Positions 39,246 to 50,325 of a DNA stretch of 64,000 nt are shown here, one piece after another (the first letter of the stretch is position 1; each line of letters starts with the position of its first letter). Location: NCBI GenBank assembly GCA_046542255.1, contig JBKHBT010000004.1:13442-77441 (forward strand). Reading direction: 5' to 3'. The notes beneath the pieces are model-generated. The model searched no databases, had not been told where the DNA came from, and saw only the letters and a list, made by a program, of their open reading frames with translations. This DNA is from Candidatus Zixiibacteriota bacterium (lineage in GTDB: Bacteria > UBP14 > UBA6098 > JBKHBT01). The position numbers and the translations under genes were made by a program.

Positions 39246-40760
39246 ATGAAAAATAATATTATCAATTCTGTACTTTTGATATTAATAATTTCTATTGCTA
39301 TTTCAAGCGACAATGAAGGATTGACTTTTATGCAGAATAGCATTGTTAATCGGCTATCCCATCAATTTGAAATTCGTTCTGATATATTTCGCCCTACCGA
39401 TGAGCCTGCTCCTTTCGAAGAGATTGAAAAAAACATTGAAGCTATGGACTCTATCGACGATAATAATCGAATGTGGTTGGATTTTGCGAAAGAAAAGATG
39501 AATATTTACCCAAATAAGGATGATGAAATGGCAATCTGGCTGGAACCGGGTTTTTGGGGAGTGGCCAATGATAAAGATAGGAAGGATACATATTTCTGGG
39601 GCCGATTCGGAAGCGCATTTCAAAAAGGTATGGTAACAATGCAAGGCGTGTATGATGTCGATTTTGGCCTAATCGATGATTCTACTTATACAGGTTTCAA
39701 ATGGGATGGCAAATCCGGAAGCCTGGGGCAGAGCTATATTGCTTTCTCAAAACCAGAATGGCGTTTTTTATTAGGCAATGATTATATTCATTGGGGTAGA
39801 GGCCTTCTTTTTAATAAGAATATGAAAACGATGCCAATGCTGCAGTACAGAATAGATTTTTGGGATAGGCTAAGAATCAGCTATATGCATGGTAAACTGG
39901 ATAGGTTTATATTTCCAAAGCCCTATATAGATCCAGGTGTGCATAATACAATATATATAGAACGTTATCTTGCCGGCCATAAAGCCGAATTATATTTCGA
40001 TAAGTTTTCTTTGTATTTTATCGAGAGTGTTGTCTATGGTGGTGAATCTCGCCCACCAGAGCCCCATTACATTCTTCCTATAACATGGATGCACGGCGAA
40101 CAGCTTAATAGTGGTATCGATGATAATACTTTTATTTCTGCCGGTGGCAAGCTTAATTTGAATAATTTTCTTTTCGAGGCCGAGTTTATGATCGATGATT
40201 ATCAATACGAGAAAGAGTCTATCGGCGACCAGGAGCCCAACGAACTGGGCTTAAGTGTTTATGGCGAATATGCTGATGAACTTTTTGGAAAGTGGATAAA
40301 TTATTCTGTTTTATACGAAGGCATTACTAATCGAACCTACAATCAAAGATTTGAAACAAATCGCTATCTTTATAAAAATAAACCGATCGGTTCTCAGATC
40401 GGAAACGATGCAGACATTATAAGAATTAGAGTCGATTATTGGTATAGTCCATTTTGTATATTTTCCTTGACAGAAGAGTTTGGCCGTCAAGGAGAAGGCG
40501 GTATATATAATGACTGGGATAGCCCCTGGGATACAGATTCATCTATGACATATACAGAGCCATTTCCGACGGGTATTATTGAAAAGCGTCAGACAACAAG
40601 ACTCGATATATTCGGATTCTGGAATAATCATCTCAATTACAATCTTTTTTTCTCATATTCCGACTTTAAAAATTTTAATAATATAAAAAATAAAAAAGAT
40701 TCAAACTGGGAAATTGGATTTGATATAAAATACAATTTTCACTATGGTTACGGCGGTTAA
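39246..40760 (+). CDS. secreted/outer-membrane hypothetical protein (possible Wzi-like OM protein, weak)
   Basis: Signal peptide MKNNIINSVLLILIISIAIS. Aromatic/Gly-rich 504 aa ending in HYGYGG. Last gene of the LPS cluster. Confidence 0.45.
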   Translation: MKNNIINSVLLILIISIAISSDNEGLTFMQNSIVNRLSHQFEIRSDIFRPTDEPAPFEEIEKNIEAMDSIDDNNRMWLDFAKEKMNIYPNKDDEMAIWLEPGFWGVANDKDRKDTYFWGRFGSAFQKGMVTMQGVYDVDFGLIDDSTYTGFKWDGKSGSLGQSYIAFSKPEWRFLLGNDYIHWGRGLLFNKNMKTMPMLQYRIDFWDRLRISYMHGKLDRFIFPKPYIDPGVHNTIYIERYLAGHKAELYFDKFSLYFIESVVYGGESRPPEPHYILPITWMHGEQLNSGIDDNTFISAGGKLNLNNFLFEAEFMIDDYQYEKESIGDQEPNELGLSVYGEYADELFGKWINYSVLYEGITNRTYNQRFETNRYLYKNKPIGSQIGNDADIIRIRVDYWYSPFCIFSLTEEFGRQGEGGIYNDWDSPWDTDSSMTYTEPFPTGIIEKRQTTRLDIFGFWNNHLNYNLFFSYSDFKNFNNIKNKKDSNWEIGFDIKYNFHYGYGG

Positions 40761-40826
40761 TCATGATAATTTTTATCCAAAATGACAGAAAAATTACTCT
40801 TTATGCCTATATAACAAGGATTTTAG

Positions 40827-40854
40827 TTGACAAAGCTTAATATATCAATATAAT
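40827..40854 (+). promoter_or_regulatory. sigma70-like promoter upstream of the first giant T9SS cargo gene
   Basis: TTGACA (40827-40832), 16-nt spacer, TATAAT (40849-40854). Lies ~280 nt upstream of the start, implying a long leader. A second weaker TTGACA at 40967. Confidence 0.4.
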
Positions 40855-41131
40855 TAGTTAATGATAAGTTGTTTTTTAACATGTTTTTAGAGCAATTAGA
40901 AAAAGGAGAAAAAATAAAATTGGAGCTTTTTTTGGTATTTGATTTGATATTAAACACAAAAAAGGACTTGACAGAGCAATGAGGCTACTCTATTTTTAGC
41001 CAAACTTTATAGTGTTGGAGCAAAAGAAATGCTTCATTGTGTATTAATGAAAAATGGGTGTGAAAACGAAAAGAACAAAAATAAAGGAGGTTACAAAAGT
41101 GAAACCCAATAGCCGAAAGGAGACAAGCGCT

Positions 41132-44100
41132 ATGGGAAACAGGCTAGTAATAGCTGTTTTGTTAGGGCTTCTGCTTTTTTCTGCCGTATCATTCGGTCAG
41201 GATTGGCAGTACGCTAACGTTTTTAATCTCGTAGAGGAGGGCTATGGACCGTGGATTCCAAGTTGGTATACCACGAGTTACGGACGTGTAGATTCCTACA
41301 CACCGAGTACCCCTAGTCTGCGAACTGCCACAATGCGTACAGCAGATGGCAGAGATGAACGACCTGTTCCTTTGAACCATGATCAGACAGTATTGCGTTT
41401 TGATCTTCTTAGCTCGACTGACGATTTCTTCCTTAAGGGTGTTACAGTCACTCTTATTGGAAGTCCGGATTTCGATCCTAATGAAGATTTGGCACCAATA
41501 CATCCTGATACTGCAAAAACTCTTTTCTGTGTTGATGACACAGTAAAGAGTTTTTATACAGGATTCCAGTTCTATGTAGAAAAAGGTGAACTGGCTGGTT
41601 CAAACGTTGATAGTCTCGATACAGTAGATATCGAAGACATGCCGACACCATTACAGTTTATCGATGATACTCTGATGGCCGGCACACCGCCTACAGAAAG
41701 AATATATCCAGCAGCACAAAGCTGGGAAGATGTTACCGGTACATTTGCTGGTACCTATCCAGCAGGCTGGAAAGTCTGGCAGGCACAAATTAACTTCAGA
41801 AGACACATTGAGATCAGGAATGAAGCTGATATCGATCCTGCTTATGGATTACCATTCCTTAGAATGTGGGTTTTGATGAAACCCATAGGCTGCCACGAAT
41901 GTATTCCGAGCAGCAATGATGGTGGATTCATAGAGGGTCTTTCAAATCGGGACTCATTCTATGTTCAAATTCATGAAACAAATGATCTTCATGTATACGA
42001 TGTTCTCGGCGTTGATGATGCATCTGGTTTAGAGATCATCAGAGATGTTGAGCTTCCAATTGGAAGAACTGAAGTACGATGGGATACACCAGATCCTGAT
42101 CCAGCAGATGCATCTCGTTGGGCATCATCTGGAATGCTTATTGGTGGAGATACAATTCCGCCATTCATTACAGACCTAATTCCACGTAATGAAAACCCGA
42201 CTAATGGCGATGAAACCGATCAAGGTGGACTCACCGGTTGTGATGAGATTGGCGATGAGATCTGGACTGCAGACTCTACGCAGCCAATTTCCTTCGTAGC
42301 TTATGACAAATCGACATGTATCGATTCAGTATTTGTCGAGTTAAGGCATATTAATGACGGCATCCCGACTTATTTCCCAAGAAGAGTCGACTCTATATAC
42401 TTCCGCAGTCAGCTTGCATCATCTGCCGATATTGAAAACGGCGGAGCAGGCCAGCCATGGGAAGTTAGTGTCAGGCCTTATGGTGGCTCATGGTCCCCAT
42501 GGGAAGAAGTTTTTGATGTTGCCAGCGAATTCGAAGTAGTGCAATCAGGCATGTGTGCAGATGGCTATTGTGGTCATGATACTTTCTTTATCGATGTTGG
42601 AAGAGATATTGACAATCATTATCTTCCTCCGTTTATCGATGGTGCACATATCGAGGTAACTGTCAGAGCATTCAATAGAAACTACAATGTTGGTAGCTCC
42701 TGGGCACATAGTGAGCCTTATGCTTATGATGCCTATCAGGATACCACCTGGGATTTCTATGTAGATCTTTCTGGCCCGAATGCTGAGCTTGTTTGTCCGG
42801 GTACATCCGATGACAATCTCACCGAAGAATTCTACGGTGGCGCAGCAGGCTGGAGACAGGATTATATCGAAGGCGAGAATATCGACTGGAGATGGATATC
42901 CGATAGTTTACCATTAGTTCAAGTACATTTATATGATGACTATGAAAATGTCCATGACGAAACAAATCATGGTGATGCTTTCCCATATTGGACAGGAGCA
43001 GAAGGCGGATGTGGAATCAATGAAAGAGATTTCGAATTTGCTTTCGTCGTTAATCGTCTAGTATGTGATGACATTAGTCATTCTTATATAACAGATACCT
43101 TTGTCGTTGACCAGACCGATTTGAACCAGGGTTGCTGGTTTGATGAGCATGTCAATGGCGAAGAAGGTCATATGTGGATAAATTTCGAAGATCTCGAAAC
43201 ATATAGGACCGACCTCACCGGCACAATGCTCGATGGAGATCCAATTCTTCCATTTAGAAGCGGTGACGTTCTTGAAATCCACCAGACAGAGCTATTTGAT
43301 GATCCCGACTATGGTCAGGGAACATTCAGATATGATGTTTATGGTTGGTTCCATACAGGCCCAGCCGACTTAGAAGTTGGCGGAAGCTATGGAATTGCAG
43401 AAGCACCAGATCCAAACTATGGTGTACAGAATAGAAGAGAAGTACAGGGCGATAGGCATATTCCTGTCGATGACCAAGCTGCTGCTATTTATGGCGTAAC
43501 AGCTAGAAGAGATACCCTTGGTATCCTAAGAATCGACCTCGAAGGCCCGGTTGCTCCAGATACATTCTTCTACCCACCGCATGGTTGGGTTACTTCTGAT
43601 ACGCTTCAGGTAATCACAGTCGATCTTTATGATCAAATTGGTTGCCCTTTAATCGATCAGAATCTTTCTGATGAAACAGACCATATACTTGACCAGTATG
43701 TTTCTGGTATTTATGGCGCAAGCTCCGATGAAAACTCCAGACTCGCAATTAACCTGGTGGTTAAGAGCGCATCTGGCGATCACCATCCAGAATATGTCGA
43801 ATTCCCGGGAAGGCCTTGGGAAGGACGTACATGGTATGTTCCTGGTTGGACAACAAATTGCTTGAGTCAGCCACATCATATCGAGAAGATTAATGAACGC
43901 TGGGGAACAAGGCTAACGTTTGCTCCGAGACAGCATGCGCCTTTCCGCAGTGGTGATAAGGTCTGTGTTACAGTTTATGCATGGGACAATGCAGTTACAG
44001 ACTGTGACTACGACACTATGTTTACTACAGACTTAACATGCGCAGACGGATCAACCTGGCATACAGTTGAGAACTGGATTCCAGGCCGCAACTGGGCTGA

Positions 44101-47100
44101 TGACGATTGGACTACCGACCCACTAGAGAGGACTCATGACGAAGTCGCGAGATTCTGCTTCTATGTCGATATTACTCCACCGAAATTAGTCGATAGCAAG
44201 ATTTATCCGCTTTGCGATGATACAATGACCTTCACCATCCGCGATACATCCGAAGTTATCAGCACAACATTCTGCGATGAATGGATTGCTGGTATCGGCG
44301 CAGCCGACCTTCGTATGTGGGTTTATGATGATGAAGATACAATGCCAGGCATCCATGACGATTTCTTATTCTTCAATGACTTAGTACCGGCCGTTCCGAC
44401 TGGTGCTGTCCAGGTAGACACGACTCACAATATTGTTGGCCGTGAAAATCGTTATATGTATGCCCGTATGGACTTTGGTGCCGATCCTGCACGTGAAGGA
44501 ATCATCAAAGTATGGAAAGATTGTAATGCTAACTCCTGCCACGTACTCGAGCCAGATGACAGCGTAGTCGTTGAGATCTGGGCCGGCGATAATCCGAATG
44601 TACCTTGGTATGCAGCAACTCAGAGACCTGAGTCCGAAGCTGGTTATCATGCAAGGAATACACATTCCACAGCGCCGACACAGTACTGGTGGTGGCATTA
44701 TTATGTACCTGGATTCCCGATCTCTGCAGGAGACGAATACTGGATTCCATGTCCAGCAACTTCCTGGAGACGCGGAAACCACGCTTATACCGACCTCGAC
44801 CACACAGAAGATGGCCTTGGCTGGGAAAACCATGTTTACTACAACTGGGAAAACCCGAACTGGGATAAGATTCACCAGGAAGAGTTTATTGTCCAGTCCG
44901 AAGTATGGTTAAAACAGGTACAGTGGTTTAATGACAGTGCCTGGATGAAATATCGTTCTGCATTGCAGTACAATTATCCTCCAGACCTTCATGGTAAATA
45001 TACCACATTATGGGCAATTCCTGACACAACAGAAGCAGCAGACTTCTATAGTGAGATGGAATCCATGGATCCATATCTTGGAACCTATGCACGTGATCTT
45101 CAGTTCATCGAAGCTGAAATCTATACATGCACAGACAGCATCATCTGGGAAGCTTTCTGGGAGAGCACGCCTCATGACGATACAATCACCTGGAGAACCC
45201 CGAGAGTCGAACTTAAGCTCTGGGATTCCGAAGGCGAACTCGTATGGGAATACGTCCACCATGAAGACTATGACTTCATAGGCGGCGAACATTGCGATCC
45301 TTGCTTCCTCGAATACGAAGCCACAAGAGACTGCTGCAAAGACGGCGGAATCATGAGAATCGGACCTATCGAGATGATTCATCCGTGGCTTGAAGAAGTT
45401 CGCCAGGACTCCGTACCAGAGAGTGAACTTCACCCAGACAATGAAGCCTATGTCATTACAGATGGCGAAGGCGAACCTGTCACAGATGACGAAGGCGAAA
45501 TACTTTACACAGTTTATGGTTACCAGCACGGTGACCAGCTAGAAGTAACATTCGGCTTCGCATCAAGAACACCAAATATGTTCACAGATTCTTCTGATAT
45601 TCATAATTATAATGAGTATCACTGGTTCTATGATATAGATATGCAGGCACCGACTGCAAGATTCCGCAGACTCGAAGGAACACGTGGATATGCAGAAGTT
45701 GACTGTGAAATGATGCATGTGGATAATAATGAAGTCCGCATCAGACTCGAAGACATTGCAGACGGCGATGTTGGCCTACATCCAGGCGGCACAGATGCTG
45801 ACTGGGCAAGCACCTATCCTATCCCGATACTCAAAGAAGGTACCGACCTTGTTAAGTATATGTGGGGAACAGGTGATGATGAGCCTGCAGGACTCGAATA
45901 TGCAACTTCGACACATTATATCTATCAGAATGAGTCTCACGTTGTTCAGAACTGTGCAGAGGAAGATTCACTTGCAAGAGCTTATACTTTTGCAACACCG
46001 ATCACCATGTACAGTGGCCTTGAAGACGGAGATCCTCCAACTGTTTTAGATAGAACAATCGAACAAGACAGTATCATGATTGCTGATTCGCTTTATGTCG
46101 AAGCAGTTATTCAGGACCGTCTTGGTAATGAACAATATCTCAGGTCCAATAATCTTGGACTCGACAATGGCTTACCAGAAGTCAAGGGCTTTGCCTTTGC
46201 ATCCTTCGATCCTGAACTCGATGAGTTCAATAACTGGGATGAAGACTTTGCACTCTTACCATGGGAAGTCCCTGATCAGGAATCGCTCGTAGGTGTTTAT
46301 AACTTCGGCGAAGTCTGCACAGTATTTGTCAGAATATGGTTCAATGACAATATGGACATGCGTCTTGCAGATACACATACCGGCCATATCGTTAGATTCC
46401 AGCCAGATGGTTGGACTCACTGGTTCCCGGTAATTCCGATAGACACAGAACTACATCCTTCTCTCGGAATGTATCCGCTTGCACAGAGATATGTTGATTA
46501 TGCTTATGGCGATGACTATGGTGCTGGCACACTTCTCAGATCTGTTGATGGAGAAGATGGTGAGATCACCGAAGCTGGCGAAGCTGAAATGCTCGACAAT
46601 GGTTGGAACTCCGACCGCGAGTGGATTGGTTATATGGTTATTGCTGGCGATGACATGATGGATGGTATTGGCAAAATCAGAGTCCAAGGCTTTGATGACA
46701 ATGCTGGTAACACCATGCTCGCACGTGACTTCAACTTCAGAATTGAATCTCAGTATATCGATCCTTGCATGATCTGGCCAGACATGGACAGACTCGACAC
46801 CGAGCCTATCGATCCATGGACAGGCGAAACAGATGATGAGCTTGTTGTAACAGGTTATGATATAGGTGATTACTTCTGCAGCTATGAGCCGCATGAAGAT
46901 TGCTATCCTATCGTTTCCGACTGCTTCGATCGTACAATCACCGACAGTGTCGTATTCGAATTCTGGTGGGATGATTCTATGATGACCGTAGAAGACATGT
47001 ACGAGAGAATCGATACTATTGAAATAGATCCCGATTCAACAGTACATGATACAGTTTGGGTCGATGCCGACTTCCATCATGAAATTGATGATATGCGATC

Positions 47101-50100
47101 AGAAGATATCTGGACAGAAGATGGCGAAGAATGGTATGCCCAGACAACATGCGATGTTCTCGACATTCTCCACGAATGGTATGAGGACGGCGTTATGCAT
47201 GATGGCCGCTTCGACAAGTACGTGACCATCCGCTTCAGAGTCTATTCAAGATTCTATCCGGAAGAGTATGTTGAGTCTTACACATGGAACCTCCGTGTAG
47301 ATAATGAAAAGACCTATCCAGATCTCACAGAAATCGGCGGCGGAGAATTGCCACCGGGAACTGCAATGCACGTAATTCCTGCAGTTACTGAAGAGATCAA
47401 GATTTGTATCACCTCTGATGAGATTGATCAGATCGACTATATCAACTTCACATTGACAGACATGGTAACAGATGTCGTTTATGGAATCACCGATACCATT
47501 GGTGACCCAGAAGATTCATTCCTCCAGGTCGGCGATGCTTCCTATGAAGCAACCTACGATCCTGAAGATGATGTAATCTGCTATACATGGGAAACTCCAG
47601 AAGGCCTTACACCTGGCCTATGGAAGTTCTGTGCTGAAGGTTATGATGAGATCCATATCGTAACCGATGAAGAAGACGGCGAAATAACAGGATATAATAC
47701 CTATATGCATACATTCTGCTTCTGCCGCGACAGCATCCTTGTACCGAATGAAGCATTCCTTGCAAGGGGCGACCACTATGAAGACGCTATCGCAACAATC
47801 TGCGAGAACTATCCTGCAGAACCAAATTGCGACAGCATCTATCCATGGGATATCGAGAATATCTATCCAGATTGGCCAGCATGGTCACATATAGATGGCT
47901 CGATTATTGAAGGCTACGACCATGTCAACAGATTCCAGATTACCACTTTCAATAATCCTGATTGGACAGAATCTGATGTTCTAATGAGAGATTATGTTGA
48001 AACCGGTGGATATCCTGGAGACTCTGTCTTTGTCATGTTCAGAGCTGGAGATGCACTTTGGGTCGATATGCATATTGAAGACGAGTACGGTGGAAATATC
48101 TCAGGCTCCAACCTCGAGATTATTCATCCGCTCGATTCTACCGATATCAGAGACTACATGGGTGCAGACTACTATGTCTATCCATGGGTAATAGACGATC
48201 AGGAAAACCGCTATGACGGCCCTGTCCGTGTTACATTCACAACATACAGAGAAAACTTCGCAGGCGATACAATCGCAACAGATCATGTTACATTCGTATA
48301 CCTGGATACTTATGATCCAGAATACAAAGTTAGCATGACAAGAATGGATGAAAGTCCATTACGTAGCTGTGTTAGCGATGAATATCCGCTCGAAGAAGCT
48401 ATCTGGTGTACAAACGATGATACAGTCTTTATTAAAATCGATTGGTATCAGACAGTATTTGACCAGACAGAAGATGTTTCTGGCTATACTGCCTACGATG
48501 AAGAATTCAATAGCCGTGTTTGGGAACATCTCAGACTATCTATTGATGGCCAGCCACACATGGGCTTCCATGTCGATGATCCTAATGACCTTCTCCAGTC
48601 CAGACTCTGGCAGAGAGATATCATAGGGCCAGTCGATGGTTATATCCCATTCTGGCTCTCACCGATCGATGATGGACCAATGCCTTGGGATGACTTTGGC
48701 GACGATAACTATGAATATCGTTGGCATGTCTCCGATGACCTTCGCGGTCAGGGTATCGCAGACATCTTAGTCAAGGGTCGCGATGCTGCAGGTAATATCC
48801 TTACATATGAAGAAGCAAGAATATCTAATTCATACGGTAAGAAAGTTCTTATCGATGTTGAAGATCCTACAATCGATCCGGAATTGGTCCACCTCACCGC
48901 CGAAGAGATGGAAGCCGATCCGGAAGCATTCGATGACAACTACCTTGGCGAAGGATTTGAAGACCCTGTATCCGGTGGATATGTATTCATCGAGATCTGG
49001 GACCTTGACGAGACAGTCATGCTCGGAGACGATATCTGGGTTAATGATGATGGCTCTGTCGATCCTGCCATTGTAGACCTTATTTCCGGCGATTCAGTTC
49101 TCGTATGCGCAGTTGACTTAGCTGGCAACCGCACCTGCGAGCCTGTTGAAGTAATGCCACATGTTGAGTGCTGCTCATATCATCTCTATCCTGGATTCAA
49201 TATGGTCGGTATCTCCGTCCATCCAGAAGACTCAACCGACCTTCTCGTCGAAAATGTCTTCCCAGGACTCGATGTTTACACACTCGACGGTGGTGTATAT
49301 AATGAAGTACCTGACGGCACATACCTCAACCACAGCGAGGGATACCTTGTTATGGCTGAAGTCGAGACAGACATTGTCCTTTGCGGCGATCCTGTCGAGT
49401 CATTCGAAGCCACAGGACTTCTCCCGGGCTGGAACCTTATTGGTGGTCCGTGGACAACAGTTAGAACAGTTGACGCTGGCGTCGATCCAGCCGATGCTAT
49501 CGACCTCGAAGCAGTCAATGTATATGATGGTGAAACCGGTTCTTATGTACCGACCACCGAATTTGCACACTGCCGTGGCCATCTCGTAATGGTCAGAACA
49601 ACTGATACAGCAACAGTTACTATCCCAGATGATACTCCAGGAGCAAAATATGTCTATACAGGCAAAGAAGCTTCTGAGCTCTGGAATGGTATAATCGATG
49701 TCAAATATGACGATGCAATGCGCAGCCTCACCTTTGGTGTTGCAAGCGGTGCAACCGATGGTATCGATGCTAATGACGTTGCTCTCTTCCCAACACTTCC
49801 AGGCGAAACAGATGCTTATCTCGATAATCATCTCGCCAAGAGTGTGGTAGCCAATGACTATCAGATCGAATGGGACCTCGTTCTACATCAGGATGCAGCT
49901 ATCTCACCGAATGTCGCTGGCGTACCAGAAAATTGGGAAATCACTATCGATGGTATCAATCTCAGAGATGTTGAGAACCTCGACCTCGAAGCAGGAACCT
50001 ATAAGATTTCTGCCAATGTCGCCGAGATTCCAACAAACTTCGAGCTTGCTCAGAATTCCCCGAACCCATTCAACCCGATCACATCGATCAATTACTCGGT

Positions 50101-50311
50101 ACCTTCCGAGTCTCATGTAAACATCGAGATCTTCAATGTTCTTGGTGAAACAGTTACACAGCTGGTTGATGAAGTTCAGGATGCTGGCAAGAGAACCGTC
50201 CGTTGGGATGGAACCGATAGCGAAGGCAATAGCGTAAAATCTGGTGTCTACTTCTATAAGATGACAGCAGATGGCTATAGCCAGACTAGAAAGATGTCAC
50301 TCGTCAAATAA
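41132..50311 (+). CDS. giant (3060-aa) acidic secreted protein with T9SS C-terminal sorting domain (cargo A)
   Basis: Signal peptide MGNRLVIAVLLGLLLFSAVSFG, mature N-terminus QDW. Very D/E/W/Y-rich with no recognisable catalytic motifs. C-terminal ~85 aa (NPFNPITSINYSVPSESHVNIEIFNVLGETV ... SGVYFYKMTADGYSQTRKMSLVK) is a type-A T9SS CTD. RBS AAGGAGACA before the ATG at 41132. Alternative GTG at 41098 or the track start at 41054. Confidence 0.85.
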   Translation: MGNRLVIAVLLGLLLFSAVSFGQDWQYANVFNLVEEGYGPWIPSWYTTSYGRVDSYTPSTPSLRTATMRTADGRDERPVPLNHDQTVLRFDLLSSTDDFFLKGVTVTLIGSPDFDPNEDLAPIHPDTAKTLFCVDDTVKSFYTGFQFYVEKGELAGSNVDSLDTVDIEDMPTPLQFIDDTLMAGTPPTERIYPAAQSWEDVTGTFAGTYPAGWKVWQAQINFRRHIEIRNEADIDPAYGLPFLRMWVLMKPIGCHECIPSSNDGGFIEGLSNRDSFYVQIHETNDLHVYDVLGVDDASGLEIIRDVELPIGRTEVRWDTPDPDPADASRWASSGMLIGGDTIPPFITDLIPRNENPTNGDETDQGGLTGCDEIGDEIWTADSTQPISFVAYDKSTCIDSVFVELRHINDGIPTYFPRRVDSIYFRSQLASSADIENGGAGQPWEVSVRPYGGSWSPWEEVFDVASEFEVVQSGMCADGYCGHDTFFIDVGRDIDNHYLPPFIDGAHIEVTVRAFNRNYNVGSSWAHSEPYAYDAYQDTTWDFYVDLSGPNAELVCPGTSDDNLTEEFYGGAAGWRQDYIEGENIDWRWISDSLPLVQVHLYDDYENVHDETNHGDAFPYWTGAEGGCGINERDFEFAFVVNRLVCDDISHSYITDTFVVDQTDLNQGCWFDEHVNGEEGHMWINFEDLETYRTDLTGTMLDGDPILPFRSGDVLEIHQTELFDDPDYGQGTFRYDVYGWFHTGPADLEVGGSYGIAEAPDPNYGVQNRREVQGDRHIPVDDQAAAIYGVTARRDTLGILRIDLEGPVAPDTFFYPPHGWVTSDTLQVITVDLYDQIGCPLIDQNLSDETDHILDQYVSGIYGASSDENSRLAINLVVKSASGDHHPEYVEFPGRPWEGRTWYVPGWTTNCLSQPHHIEKINERWGTRLTFAPRQHAPFRSGDKVCVTVYAWDNAVTDCDYDTMFTTDLTCADGSTWHTVENWIPGRNWADDDWTTDPLERTHDEVARFCFYVDITPPKLVDSKIYPLCDDTMTFTIRDTSEVISTTFCDEWIAGIGAADLRMWVYDDEDTMPGIHDDFLFFNDLVPAVPTGAVQVDTTHNIVGRENRYMYARMDFGADPAREGIIKVWKDCNANSCHVLEPDDSVVVEIWAGDNPNVPWYAATQRPESEAGYHARNTHSTAPTQYWWWHYYVPGFPISAGDEYWIPCPATSWRRGNHAYTDLDHTEDGLGWENHVYYNWENPNWDKIHQEEFIVQSEVWLKQVQWFNDSAWMKYRSALQYNYPPDLHGKYTTLWAIPDTTEAADFYSEMESMDPYLGTYARDLQFIEAEIYTCTDSIIWEAFWESTPHDDTITWRTPRVELKLWDSEGELVWEYVHHEDYDFIGGEHCDPCFLEYEATRDCCKDGGIMRIGPIEMIHPWLEEVRQDSVPESELHPDNEAYVITDGEGEPVTDDEGEILYTVYGYQHGDQLEVTFGFASRTPNMFTDSSDIHNYNEYHWFYDIDMQAPTARFRRLEGTRGYAEVDCEMMHVDNNEVRIRLEDIADGDVGLHPGGTDADWASTYPIPILKEGTDLVKYMWGTGDDEPAGLEYATSTHYIYQNESHVVQNCAEEDSLARAYTFATPITMYSGLEDGDPPTVLDRTIEQDSIMIADSLYVEAVIQDRLGNEQYLRSNNLGLDNGLPEVKGFAFASFDPELDEFNNWDEDFALLPWEVPDQESLVGVYNFGEVCTVFVRIWFNDNMDMRLADTHTGHIVRFQPDGWTHWFPVIPIDTELHPSLGMYPLAQRYVDYAYGDDYGAGTLLRSVDGEDGEITEAGEAEMLDNGWNSDREWIGYMVIAGDDMMDGIGKIRVQGFDDNAGNTMLARDFNFRIESQYIDPCMIWPDMDRLDTEPIDPWTGETDDELVVTGYDIGDYFCSYEPHEDCYPIVSDCFDRTITDSVVFEFWWDDSMMTVEDMYERIDTIEIDPDSTVHDTVWVDADFHHEIDDMRSEDIWTEDGEEWYAQTTCDVLDILHEWYEDGVMHDGRFDKYVTIRFRVYSRFYPEEYVESYTWNLRVDNEKTYPDLTEIGGGELPPGTAMHVIPAVTEEIKICITSDEIDQIDYINFTLTDMVTDVVYGITDTIGDPEDSFLQVGDASYEATYDPEDDVICYTWETPEGLTPGLWKFCAEGYDEIHIVTDEEDGEITGYNTYMHTFCFCRDSILVPNEAFLARGDHYEDAIATICENYPAEPNCDSIYPWDIENIYPDWPAWSHIDGSIIEGYDHVNRFQITTFNNPDWTESDVLMRDYVETGGYPGDSVFVMFRAGDALWVDMHIEDEYGGNISGSNLEIIHPLDSTDIRDYMGADYYVYPWVIDDQENRYDGPVRVTFTTYRENFAGDTIATDHVTFVYLDTYDPEYKVSMTRMDESPLRSCVSDEYPLEEAIWCTNDDTVFIKIDWYQTVFDQTEDVSGYTAYDEEFNSRVWEHLRLSIDGQPHMGFHVDDPNDLLQSRLWQRDIIGPVDGYIPFWLSPIDDGPMPWDDFGDDNYEYRWHVSDDLRGQGIADILVKGRDAAGNILTYEEARISNSYGKKVLIDVEDPTIDPELVHLTAEEMEADPEAFDDNYLGEGFEDPVSGGYVFIEIWDLDETVMLGDDIWVNDDGSVDPAIVDLISGDSVLVCAVDLAGNRTCEPVEVMPHVECCSYHLYPGFNMVGISVHPEDSTDLLVENVFPGLDVYTLDGGVYNEVPDGTYLNHSEGYLVMAEVETDIVLCGDPVESFEATGLLPGWNLIGGPWTTVRTVDAGVDPADAIDLEAVNVYDGETGSYVPTTEFAHCRGHLVMVRTTDTATVTIPDDTPGAKYVYTGKEASELWNGIIDVKYDDAMRSLTFGVASGATDGIDANDVALFPTLPGETDAYLDNHLAKSVVANDYQIEWDLVLHQDAAISPNVAGVPENWEITIDGINLRDVENLDLEAGTYKISANVAEIPTNFELAQNSPNPFNPITSINYSVPSESHVNIEIFNVLGETVTQLVDEVQDAGKRTVRWDGTDSEGNSVKSGVYFYKMTADGYSQTRKMSLVK

Positions 50312-50325
50312 CGATACATCTGGTT

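Noticed and set aside
40961-41000. Possible third, partial copy of the intergenic repeat (CAATGAGGCTACTCTATTTTTAGCC resembles CAATGCGCTACTCC ... AGCC)
   Set aside because: Only about 14 nt of loose similarity with an indel. No flanking match to the 60-bp element. Consistent with chance.
41189-50120. Many 60-170-aa ORFs on the opposite strand or in alternative frames inside the giant genes (e.g. 44381-44875, 45008-45529, 46451-46894, 49400-49831)
   Set aside because: They are fully embedded in long, coherent, domain-bearing reading frames. Their translations are low-complexity (Ser/Cys/Ile-rich). They lack RBS signals. These are antisense-frame artefacts of biased codon composition.
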